Origin: Thermoplasmatales archaeon SW_10_69_26
GTDB taxonomy: Archaea; Thermoplasmatota; SW-10-69-26
Length of the DNA: 17,984 bases
NCBI GenBank assembly: GCA_003009755.1
Contig: PXUB01000013.1
Coordinates: forward strand, 1-17,984
Reading direction: 5' to 3'
The position numbers and the translations under genes were made by a program. Under the pieces are notes generated by a model, which saw only the letters and a list, made by a program, of their open reading frames with translations, did not search any database and was not told the DNA's origin. Shown here piece after piece: positions 1 to 8,048 of this stretch; within the stretch, counting starts at the first letter, position 1; every line of letters starts with the position of its first letter.

Positions 1-95
1 CGTCCGTCGCAAACCATCCAGGTTTGCTTCCTCACGCTCCGCGACCTTGACCGCTCACGCCGGCGCGAGATCTTGCGCACATCGAGTCCGGCAGG

Positions 96-2300
96 CTAGA
101 CCTGGAAGTCCACGGGCGTCGGAACGTCGGGCTTCATGCCCTTGCGCTCGCGGATCTCGGTGGTGATCTCGTCGAGCAGGTTGGCGGGCACGGGCGCGAA
201 GCCGGCCTGCTCGGTGCTCCAGAGGGCGCGGCCGCCGGTGGCCGAGCGGATCGCCGCGCTGAAGCCGAACATCTCGTCGACCGGCGCCTCGGCGTTGACG
301 ACCACGCTTTCGCCCTCGGACTCGATCTCGGCGATCGTGGAGCGGCGCTGCTGCAGCTCGCGGGTCACGTCGCCCATGATGTCCTGCGGGACGTTCACGT
401 AGACCTTCTGCCGCGGCTCGAGCAGGTCGACGCCGACGGCGGTCATCGCGCCGAAGATGGCGTTGCGGACCGCCGGGATCGTCTGCGAGGGGCCGCGGTG
501 GATGGCGTCCTCGTGGAGCTTGGCGTCCTTGAGGCGCACCTTGAGACCCATGCAGGGCTCGTCGGCGCGGGGGCCGCCGTCCATGGCTTCCTGGAAGCCC
601 TCCATGACGAGGTCCATCGTCTCGTAGAGGTACTGGACCCCCTTCGTGTCGTCGATGAACATGTTCGTCCCCTCGATCCACGACACGCTGCGAGCGTCGT
701 CGCGCTCCCAGCCGAGCTCGGTGAGGACCTCGCGGACCTCCTTCTCGTCCTGGTCGCGGATCTTGCCGTCCGGCAGCTCGCCTTCCCGGATCGCTTCCAT
801 GACCTCGGGCTCGAGGGGTTCGACCTCGAAGAACAGCCGGTTGTGGCGGTTCGGCGAGCGACCCTCGAACTCGGGCGTGGCCTCCGAGATCGACTCGCGG
901 TAGACCACGATCGGTTCGCTGGTCTGGATCTCGATGCCGTGCTCTTCCTTGATCCGGTGCTCGGTGACCTCCAGGTGGAGCTCCCCCATGCCGGACATCA
1001 GGTTCTCGCCCGTCTCCTGGTCGATCGACACCTGGATCGACGGGTCGGCCTTGGAGACCGAGCGCAGCGCCTTGACGAGCTTGGGCAGCTCGGCGACGTT
1101 CTTGGCTTCGACGCTGACCGTCACGACCGGTTCGCTGACGTGGACGATCCGCTCGAAGGGCTCGACCTCCTTCTCCTCGGTGACGGTGCTGCCGGCGATG
1201 GCCTCGTCGAGACCGACGACGGCCGCCAGGTTCCCGGCGTCCACGCTGTCGACGTTGACGCGGTCGGCGCCGACCATGACTCCGACGTCCTGGATGCGGT
1301 GCTCGCCGGCCACGCCGGAGATGTAGACCTGTTGGCCGCGTTCGATCTGACCGGAGAACATCCGGCCCACGGCGACCTCGCCGGCGTGCTCGTCCATCAC
1401 GATCTTGGTGACCATGAAGGACAGCGGGCCCTGCTCGTCGCAGTTGACGAGGCTCTGGCCGTACTCGCTTTCGGGATCGCCGCGCCAGATGTGCGGGATC
1501 CGGTACTTCTGGGCCTCGTCCGGCGGCGGCATGTGCTTGACGACGATGTTCAACATGACGTCCGCCAGCGGGCACTCCTTGATCAGCTCGCGAACCTCGT
1601 CGTTCTCCAGCCGGTTGTAGACGTGCTCCATCGAGTAGCCCGTCTGCTGGATCCAGGGGATCGAGACCGCCCAGTTGTACAGCGCCGATCCGAAGGCGAC
1701 GGTGCCGTCGTCGGGGCTGACCTGCCACTCCTCGGCCAGCTCGTCGTTGGGCGCGTACTTGCGGATGAGCTCGTTGACCTCCCGGATGATCTTGAAGAAC
1801 TTCTGCTGCATCTCATCCGGGCCGATCTTCACCTCGTTGATGAGGCGGTCGACCTTGTTGATGAACAGGATCGGCTTGCCCTTCTCGCGGAGCGCCTGCC
1901 GGATGACGGTCTCCGTCTGCGGCATGACGCTCTCGACCGCGTCGACCACGACCACGGCGCCGTCGATGGCGCGCATGGCGCGGGTCACGTCCCCGCCGAA
2001 GTCCACGTGGCCGGGCGTGTCGAAGAGGTTGATGAGGTAGTCGTCCTCCTCGTACTCGTGCACCATCGACAGCGCCGCGCTGTCGATCGTGATGCCTCGC
2101 TCCTGCTCCTGCTCGTCGAAGTCCATGACGAGCTGCTCGCCCGCCAGCTCTTCCGACATCATGCCGGCGCCCGCGATCAGGTTGTCCGAGAAGGTGGTCT
2201 TCCCGTGGTCGATGTGGGCCGCCGTCCCGATGTTGCGGATGAACTCGGGATTGTCCATGATGTCTCGTGCGCGCTTGATGTTCTCCTCTTTCCGGCCCAT
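96..2300 (-). CDS. fusA: Archaeal translation elongation factor EF-2 (734 aa)
   Basis: G1 AHIDHGKTT, RGITI, DTPGHVDF, NKVD and the diphthamide loop HEDAIHRG are present. Start moved from 2492 to ATG 2300 (MGRKEENIKR), which follows an AGGTGG SD-like sequence at 2305-2310. Confidence 0.98.
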   Translation of the reverse strand: MGRKEENIKRARDIMDNPEFIRNIGTAAHIDHGKTTFSDNLIAGAGMMSEELAGEQLVMDFDEQEQERGITIDSAALSMVHEYEEDDYLINLFDTPGHVDFGGDVTRAMRAIDGAVVVVDAVESVMPQTETVIRQALREKGKPILFINKVDRLINEVKIGPDEMQQKFFKIIREVNELIRKYAPNDELAEEWQVSPDDGTVAFGSALYNWAVSIPWIQQTGYSMEHVYNRLENDEVRELIKECPLADVMLNIVVKHMPPPDEAQKYRIPHIWRGDPESEYGQSLVNCDEQGPLSFMVTKIVMDEHAGEVAVGRMFSGQIERGQQVYISGVAGEHRIQDVGVMVGADRVNVDSVDAGNLAAVVGLDEAIAGSTVTEEKEVEPFERIVHVSEPVVTVSVEAKNVAELPKLVKALRSVSKADPSIQVSIDQETGENLMSGMGELHLEVTEHRIKEEHGIEIQTSEPIVVYRESISEATPEFEGRSPNRHNRLFFEVEPLEPEVMEAIREGELPDGKIRDQDEKEVREVLTELGWERDDARSVSWIEGTNMFIDDTKGVQYLYETMDLVMEGFQEAMDGGPRADEPCMGLKVRLKDAKLHEDAIHRGPSQTIPAVRNAIFGAMTAVGVDLLEPRQKVYVNVPQDIMGDVTRELQQRRSTIAEIESEGESVVVNAEAPVDEMFGFSAAIRSATGGRALWSTEQAGFAPVPANLLDEITTEIRERKGMKPDVPTPVDFQV

Positions 2301-2374
2301 GAATCCACCTTGTGCGTCGGATCCGGGTCGAAGGAAGCTCGAGCCCGGCGTCGTCCTTGACCAAGGAAGCGTGG

Positions 2375-2381
2375 TATAAAA
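2375..2381 (-). promoter_or_regulatory. Putative archaeal TATA box (TTTTATA) for EF-2
   Basis: AT-rich TTTTATA in a GC-rich context about 75 nt upstream of the EF-2 start. Confidence 0.65.
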
Positions 2382-2449
2382 CTGTGACGAGGGTGACCGA
2401 GGATCTGGGCCGAGCGAGGCCAGCCGTGCACGTGGGGGCGGGTCGGGTG

Positions 2450-2643
2450 CCACGCGGTCGAGGCGCACGAGCTGCTCGACGCTGACGCGCAACCGCAGCG
2501 GCCCCCGGCCGCGTCCGGCTGGCGGGCCCCACGGCCCGCGCCGGGTCCCCGTCCTCGGCTTGCTCGTCGCCGGCCTCGGTGAGCGGCTTGGCGACCCGCC
2601 GCCGCGCCAGGCGGCCCTCGTCCATGACGAGCCCCCAGGTCAG
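2450..2643 (-). pseudogene. Probable decayed receiver-domain (CheY/CheB-REC-like) gene remnant
   Basis: The frame beginning CTG 2643, in the classic 4-bp NTGA overlap with the cheA stop, reads LTWGLVMDEGRLARRRVAKPLTEAGDEQAEDG. This resembles a REC N-terminus (VLVVDD..RR.L...L..AG.EV.EAEDG). Similarity is lost afterwards, so the left boundary is approximate. Confidence 0.4.
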
Positions 2644-4838
2644 GCGATCAGCTCCTCGATGGTGTCCGCCAGGCGAGCCGGATCGAACTCCTTCTTGGGC
2701 ATGTAGGCGTCGGCTCCCGCCTCCAGGGCCTGGCGAGCCGGACCGCTCCGCTCGGAGGTGGTCACGAGCACGATCGGGACGTCCATGGCGGAGGCGCGGA
2801 TCCGCTCGGTGAGCTCGATGCCGTCCACCTCAGGCATCAGGACGTCGGTCACGACGGCGTCGACGTCCTCGTCCCGCAGACGCGCCCACCCCTCCTCGCC
2901 GTCCGGGGCTTCCAGCACGCTGAAGCCTGCGGTCTCGAGACCGCGTCGGATCTGTCGGCGGGTCACGTCGGTGTCCTCGACGAGCAACAGTCGCGGCTCG
3001 GCGCTGGGCTGGGGCTCGGCCGAGGGGAGCTCGAGCGGGCCCGCCTCGCGGATCGCGTCCGCCATCTCGCGCGGGTCCAAGATGACGCACACGGCCCCGT
3101 CGGAGAGGACCGTGGCTCCCGCCACCATGCGGACCGAACCGAGGATCGCGCCCAGCGGTTCGACGACGATCTCGGTCTCGCCCACCAGGTCGTCCACGAG
3201 CAACCCGACGCGTTCACCGCGGTCGAGCAGGACCACGCAGGGGCTCTCGCCCGACGCGAAGGGAGCCCGGGCTGGCGAGTCGACCTCCAGGGCCTCGGCG
3301 ATGTCCGCGACCGGCACCGGCTGCCCGTCCATCTCGACCGTCGTCACCTCGCCGTGATGGTCGACGTCCTCCAGGGCGACGTTCAACACGCGCAACAACG
3401 CGTCGGTCGGCACCGCGAACCTGTGCTCGCCGAGGCAGACGAGCATGACCCGCGCCGTCGACAGCGCCACGGGGACCTCGATCCGCACCAGGGTGCCCTC
3501 GTTCAGCGTGGACGAGACGTCCACCGTCCCCCGCAGCTCGTCCACGCCGCGAGCCACCGTCCCCAATCCGATGCCGCGTCCGGACACCTCGCCGGGGGCC
3601 TCCCGCGTGGTGAACCCGGCGTCGAACACGAGATCGATCACCGCCTCGTCGTCGAGCCGGTCGACCTCCGGGATCGCGCCCCGGCGGCGAGCCACCTCCC
3701 GCACCTCGTCGGGATCGATCCCTCGTCCGTCGTCCTCCACCTCGACGACGAGGCTGTGCGCCGTCCGGCGGGCCGCCAGCCGGACCCGAGCGACCGGGTC
3801 CTTGCCTTGCTCGCGTCGTTCCTCTGGGGGTTCGATGCCGTGGTCGACGGCGTTGCGGACCAGATGCATGATCGGGTCTTTGAGCTCCTCGAGCACGCGT
3901 TTGTCGGCTCGAACCCGATCGCCCTCGATCTCGAGCTCCACCTGCTTGCCCTGGTCGCGAGCGAGGTCGCGGACCGCCCGGCTGAACAGGTCGAAGATCT
4001 CCGCCATCGGGAGCAGCCGGCTCTCCTGGATGCCTTCCGAGAGCGCCTCAGCCAGCGACGCCAACCGTTCGGTGTCGTTCTCGGCCCGGTCGGCCATCTG
4101 GTCGAGTCGCTCGGCCAGGTCCTTGGTCGTCCGCCGCAGCTTGCGTTCGACGTCGGGCTCGGTCTCGCCCACGACCTCCTCGCGGATCGTCTGGGCGATC
4201 TCGGCCACCAGCTGTTGCCCCCTCGCCAGCTCTCGGCGACCCTCGTCCAACCGCTGGACCGTGGCCGTGAGCTCGCTCGCTCGACGCATCAGTCGGTCGA
4301 GCTGGCCAGGGTCCACCCGGATCGTCTCGATCCGGTGTGCGCGGGCCCGGCCCAGCGGGTCACGGGTGCCCTCCCCCGGCTCGTCCCCGCGCTCGTCCTG
4401 CCCCTCGGGCTGCCCGCCCGCGCCCTCGTCGACGGAGGGCTCACCAGCCTCCCCGGCGGCCTCGAGCTCGGCGACGAGGTCCTCCACGGGGACGTCCTCG
4501 GCGCCGGGTTGACCCTGGGTGGCCGCGTCGACCAGCGCCCGCAGCCCGTCGAGCGCGTCCACCAGCACGGCGACCTCCTCGGCCTGGAGCCCGCCCTCAT
4601 GGGGCCCCCGTTGGAGGACGCCCTCGCTCACGTGGGCGAGGGTCTCGATCCCCTCGAACCCCATGATCCGCGCGGCGCCTTTCAGGTTGTGCGTCTGGCG
4701 GGCGGCCGCCGCCAGGGCCTCCTCGTCGTCCGGTGCCTGGTCGAGCTGCATCAGCGCCTGCTCGAGCTCGGCCAGGTGCTCGCGGCTCTCGGTGCGGAAG
4801 AGGTCGAGCATCTCGTCGTCGGTGTCGTCGCTTGCCAT
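2640..4838 (-). CDS. cheA: Hybrid chemosensory histidine kinase CheA with C-terminal receiver (Hpt-dimerisation-HATPase-CheW-REC), 732 aa
   Basis: Hpt motif HNLKGAARIMG; TIRVD..LD.L; HLVRNAVDHGIE; EDDGRGID; SGRGIGL; a CheW-like P5 domain; REC with LLVED, TDVLMP, TT and K. True start is ATG 4838 (MASDDTDD) with SD GTGAGGAGG; the longer 1215-aa ORF is a spurious extension. Confidence 0.95.
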   Translation of the reverse strand: MASDDTDDEMLDLFRTESREHLAELEQALMQLDQAPDDEEALAAAARQTHNLKGAARIMGFEGIETLAHVSEGVLQRGPHEGGLQAEEVAVLVDALDGLRALVDAATQGQPGAEDVPVEDLVAELEAAGEAGEPSVDEGAGGQPEGQDERGDEPGEGTRDPLGRARAHRIETIRVDPGQLDRLMRRASELTATVQRLDEGRRELARGQQLVAEIAQTIREEVVGETEPDVERKLRRTTKDLAERLDQMADRAENDTERLASLAEALSEGIQESRLLPMAEIFDLFSRAVRDLARDQGKQVELEIEGDRVRADKRVLEELKDPIMHLVRNAVDHGIEPPEERREQGKDPVARVRLAARRTAHSLVVEVEDDGRGIDPDEVREVARRRGAIPEVDRLDDEAVIDLVFDAGFTTREAPGEVSGRGIGLGTVARGVDELRGTVDVSSTLNEGTLVRIEVPVALSTARVMLVCLGEHRFAVPTDALLRVLNVALEDVDHHGEVTTVEMDGQPVPVADIAEALEVDSPARAPFASGESPCVVLLDRGERVGLLVDDLVGETEIVVEPLGAILGSVRMVAGATVLSDGAVCVILDPREMADAIREAGPLELPSAEPQPSAEPRLLLVEDTDVTRRQIRRGLETAGFSVLEAPDGEEGWARLRDEDVDAVVTDVLMPEVDGIELTERIRASAMDVPIVLVTTSERSGPARQALEAGADAYMPKKEFDPARLADTIEELIA

Positions 4839-4846
4839 CGTCCTCC

Positions 4847-6328
4847 TCACCTCATCGCATCCAAGCTGTCCGCGACCGCCTGCAGCTCGTCGACGAGCTG
4901 TTGGGCCCGCTCGTGGCGGTCGGCGGCCACGGTCACGCGCTCGCGGGTGCCCTCGATGTCGTCCTCGACGGCGTCCAACGCCTGAGCCTGATCGGCGGCG
5001 GCTTCCCGGACGGTGGCCGTCTGCTGTTGGGAATCCGCCAACCGATCGACGATCTGCTCCAGCCAGTCGTCGACGTCGTCGGCGCTCGTGCGGGTCTCCT
5101 CGATCGCTTTCCGCGTCCGCTCGATCACGACGGCCGCGGTCTCCGAGGACTCGTGGGCTTCGTCGGCGATCGCCTCCAGGGCCTGGGCTTCCGTCTTGGC
5201 TTGCTCGGCCAGGTCGCGGATCTCGGTGAGCTCGCCCGTGTCGGCGCCGGACCGGGAGGCGGCCACCGAGGCGTTGAGGGCGAGCACGTCGATCCGGTCC
5301 GCGGTGTCCGCCAACGTGTCCGCGGACCGCTCCAGGTGGTCGACCTCCTCGCTGACGTCGAGGATCTGCTCGGTGAACTCGCCCACGCCGTCCTCGACGT
5401 TCCCCAACCGTTCTCGGGTGCGGTCCACCCGGCGGCGGCCGTCCTCGGCCCAGCTTTCGACGGTGGTGGCCACCTGGCCTAAGGCGTCGACCTTCGCGTG
5501 GACGTCCCGGGCTTGGGCTTGCAACTGCGCCAGGTGGTCCTCGATCGCTAGGGTGGTCTCCTGCTCGGCGTTCACCCGCCCCCTTGCGTCCTCGAGGACC
5601 GTCTCGAGATCCGCCAACCGTTCCTCGAGGGTCCCCGCATCGCGCTCCAGGTCGCGGTCGATCGTGTTCACCGTCCGATACCCGACCACCGCGGACGTCA
5701 GCGCGGCCGCCAGCGACCCCCACAGGATCGCCTGATCCAGGTCGCTGTGCTGCTCGTGGATGGCCTCCCGCTGGTCGTTGAGGATCTGGCGTTCGCGATC
5801 GACCAACCGTCCCAGGGCGGCTTCGGTCCTCGTCCGCGCCTGGCTGGCCTGCGAGCCCGTCAGCCGGGCCTGGGCTGCGGTCTCGTTGCCGGCCTCCATG
5901 TCGTCTTGGGCTCGCCGCACGAGCTCGATGTAGGCGGTCGCGTTCTCCTGCATCTCGACGAACGTCGACTGCCGTTCGGGATCGTCGAAGGGTTGGTCGA
6001 CCTCGTCGACCTGCATCTGGAAGGTCGTGATCTGGGACTCCAACCGGCTCCGGTTCTGCGTCTCGCCCGTCATGACGTACGTGTGGCTGGCCTCCACGAC
6101 CCCCAAGAACGCCCGTTTGAGCTCGATCATCCCGGTCAAGCTGCGACGCTGCTCCTCCACGCGGTCCTCGGCCTCCCCGATCTGGTCCGTCTGCGCGTTC
6201 ATCAGGATCGCGCCGGCGAGGAGGAAGACGATCGGCAACCCGACCGCCACGGCCATCTGCCGGTCGAACGACCACCCTTCGAGCCAACCGCTCCCGTCGC
6301 GACCGCTGGCGCGATCGTCACTGGCCAC
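4847..6328 (-). CDS. Methyl-accepting chemotaxis-like membrane receptor (2 TM, CHASE3/4-helix-like sensor, degenerate signalling tip), about 493 aa
   Basis: TM1 MAVAVGLPIVFLLAGAILM and TM2 AILWGSLAAALTSAVVGY flank a helical extracellular region. A long acidic coiled coil carries IDVLALNASVAASRSG. Probable GTG start at 6328, 4 nt after the cheW stop. Confidence 0.88.
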   Translation of the reverse strand: MASDDRASGRDGSGWLEGWSFDRQMAVAVGLPIVFLLAGAILMNAQTDQIGEAEDRVEEQRRSLTGMIELKRAFLGVVEASHTYVMTGETQNRSRLESQITTFQMQVDEVDQPFDDPERQSTFVEMQENATAYIELVRRAQDDMEAGNETAAQARLTGSQASQARTRTEAALGRLVDRERQILNDQREAIHEQHSDLDQAILWGSLAAALTSAVVGYRTVNTIDRDLERDAGTLEERLADLETVLEDARGRVNAEQETTLAIEDHLAQLQAQARDVHAKVDALGQVATTVESWAEDGRRRVDRTRERLGNVEDGVGEFTEQILDVSEEVDHLERSADTLADTADRIDVLALNASVAASRSGADTGELTEIRDLAEQAKTEAQALEAIADEAHESSETAAVVIERTRKAIEETRTSADDVDDWLEQIVDRLADSQQQTATVREAAADQAQALDAVEDDIEGTRERVTVAADRHERAQQLVDELQAVADSLDAMR

Positions 6329-6332
6329 GGTG

Positions 6333-7328
6333 TCAGGCCCCCCGGATCCGCACCATGGTTCTCGCGGCCAACACCTGGAGAGGGTCGACGAGCGGCACCG
6401 CCTGGCCGTCGCGATCGAGCTGCCCCAACACCCCGGGCTGGTCCGGTGAGCCATCGATGCTCCCCTCGTCGAGGGGGACCGTCTGCCGGACCTCGTCGAC
6501 GGCCACCGCGGCGGGCTCCGAGGGGGGGTCGACCAAGGCCGCCAGAGCCACGTCGCGTCGGTCGACGGGGGAGAACCCCAACAGCGGGGCCAGGTCCACG
6601 ACGCCCACGATCTCCCCCCGGTGGTTGGCCAGGCCGAGCACGTGGTCGGGGGTCGTCGGGACCGGCGTCAACCGACCCAACCGGACGAACTCCTGCACGG
6701 GATCGACCAAGAGCGCGACCGTGTTGCCCGCCAGGCTGGCCAGCACCGCCAGCCGCTCCGGCTCGACCGGCGGGGCCATCGGGGCCACGGTCGGGTCCCG
6801 GCGGCGACCCAGCTCGGCCAGCTCCGCCTCGTCGAACCCGCTGAACAGGTCCTCGACGGAGACGGTCGGCTCGACGCTGTCGGCCCGGGCGGCCAACGCC
6901 TCCAGCTCGAGGACGTCGGCCGAGCGCTCCCCGAGGCGGATCGCGCCTCGGATCGGAGCCTCGTGCGAGGCCTCGATCGCCGTGTCCTCCGGGGCCGACA
7001 CGATGGTGTGAACCTCGGTGGCCACGAGGGCGAAGCGCCGGTCGCCGGCCTCCACGTCGACGAGGCGATGGTCGAGCGTGTAGGCCTCGGGTCGTCGGCC
7101 GAAGCACAGATCGACGTCGAGCACGGGGACCACCTCCTCGCCCACGTGCGCGTCCCCGATCCAGCCGCCGTGGCCGTTACCCGCTCCCGAAAACACCACC
7201 AGCCCCAGAACCTGACGGACGTGTCGTGCCGGCACCGCGTAGCGCCCCTCGCTCGTGCCGAACACGAGCAACGGTCCGAGGTCGTTCACCCCCCGTCCCT
7301 CCCGCGGCGTGAGGCCGTCCCAGGCCAT
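6333..7328 (-). CDS. cheW: Tandem (two-domain) CheW-like coupling protein
   Basis: Domain 1: LLVFG...YAVP...V..VL...GEEVVPVLDV. Domain 2: LTPVPTTPDHVLGLANHRGEIVGVVDL. It lies directly upstream of the MCP and CheA. An alternative GTG start exists at 7289. Confidence 0.88.
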   Translation of the reverse strand: MAWDGLTPREGRGVNDLGPLLVFGTSEGRYAVPARHVRQVLGLVVFSGAGNGHGGWIGDAHVGEEVVPVLDVDLCFGRRPEAYTLDHRLVDVEAGDRRFALVATEVHTIVSAPEDTAIEASHEAPIRGAIRLGERSADVLELEALAARADSVEPTVSVEDLFSGFDEAELAELGRRRDPTVAPMAPPVEPERLAVLASLAGNTVALLVDPVQEFVRLGRLTPVPTTPDHVLGLANHRGEIVGVVDLAPLLGFSPVDRRDVALAALVDPPSEPAAVAVDEVRQTVPLDEGSIDGSPDQPGVLGQLDRDGQAVPLVDPLQVLAARTMVRIRGA

Positions 7329-7559
7329 CCGTCCCGGCGGTCCAGCAGCCTGTGGTCTCCCACCCCGAACGCCTGCGCAGAGCCCATCGGTACCGCCACA
7401 AGGCTACGAGCCGCCGTGCAGCTGAAAAGCCTGGAGGGACGAAGTTGGTGGAGTCGACCAGCCTCCAGAGGCCAGAGGGGTCCACGGGGGACGATCGGAC
7501 GGCAGCCGAGACCTCGCAGGGGTGGATGTCGCCAAATCGGAGGTCCCGGATCGGAGATC

Positions 7560-8048
7560 CGGTCTCTCGCGGGCTCCCTCTCTGCGATGACCGAGCGGAG
7601 CCAGACAGAGCATCGATCTCGCGCGGTACGCGCCGGGCTAGCGACGCGGTGGTCGCGACTCGTGCTCTCGCTGGGTCCTTCTCTGCGATCAGCGCGCGGA
7701 GGCTTTCGAGCGTCGAGCTCGTGTGGTATACGCCGAGCTAACGACGCTCGCGATTCAACCGAACCGGGCGGTGGTTGTCGGTTCGGGTTCTCGCGAACGT
7801 CGAGCTCGCGTGGTGTTCGCCGAGCTAGCGACGTTCGCGATCCGGACGAGGCGGCGATGCGTTAGACGAGTCTCGTCCTCTCGCTGGATCGGCTTGACCC
7901 AGCTAGCGCGCCGATCGGGGGGGTTTTCGACCATCGGCCCCGCGAAGTCTACGTCGGGGCAGCGATGGTCGAGATGCGCACGGCTCGGTCGATGCAGTCG
8001 ACGAGAGCCGTGCTCTCGCTGGGTCCTTCTCTGCAATCAGCGCGCGGA
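7560..8048. repeat. Repeat X: about 40-bp copies of the rps7 3' end and flank at 8009-8048, 7661-7700, 7560-7599 and a partial copy at 7874-7914
   Basis: 7661-7700 and 8009-8048 match 39/40 (cgtgctctcgctgggtccttctctgc[g/a]atcagcgcgcgga). 7560-7599 matches the 7661 copy 32/40. 7874-7914 matches at both ends (15/17 and 9/10) with a diverged middle. Confidence 0.9.
7610..7972. repeat. Repeat Y: four bulged hairpins of identical architecture at 7610-7647, 7707-7750, 7791-7840 and 7927-7972
   Basis: Each has outer stem / 6-bp inner stem / 12-nt core / inner stem' / 2-nt A(G/A) bulge / outer stem'. 7711-7754 and 7798-7841 match 39/44. The first copy has a mismatch in each stem. Confidence 0.85.

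Noticed and set aside
478-522. Non-canonical EF-2 paralogue lacking diphthamide
   Set aside because: The HEDAIHRG motif is canonical.
55-2360. Long overlapping ORFs (55..1728 -, 498..2360 +) and similar ones at 3354..4985, 9991..11487, 10214..11326 and 12658..14802
   Set aside because: These are off-frame or antisense shadows of real genes, expected in high-GC DNA, with no recognisable motifs.
2301-2492. N-terminal extension of EF-2
   Set aside because: The family-like N-terminus, SD and TATA box all point to ATG 2300.
2640-6287. 1215-aa ORF suggesting a giant CheA or MCP-CheA fusion
   Set aside because: The first ~480 aa are Arg/Gly/Pro-rich off-frame translation of the MCP gene. CheA has its own SD and ATG at 4838, and the MCP has its own stop at 4847.
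7753-7867. Integron attC site (ATTCAAC ... GTTAGAC flanking a bulged hairpin)
   Set aside because: The R-box-like heptamers fit the consensus, but I see no complementary L boxes at the expected spacing, no cassette ORFs and no integrase.
7560-8048. CRISPR array interpretation of the repeats
   Set aside because: Copies are divergent, spacing is irregular (about 100-215 bp between X copies), the intervening sequences are themselves repeated, and no cas genes are in the window.
2390-8048. che cassette as a classic integrative island bounded by attL/attR
   Set aside because: All copies of the rps7 3' end lie on one side of the cassette. I found none near 2390-2640, and no integrase is present.
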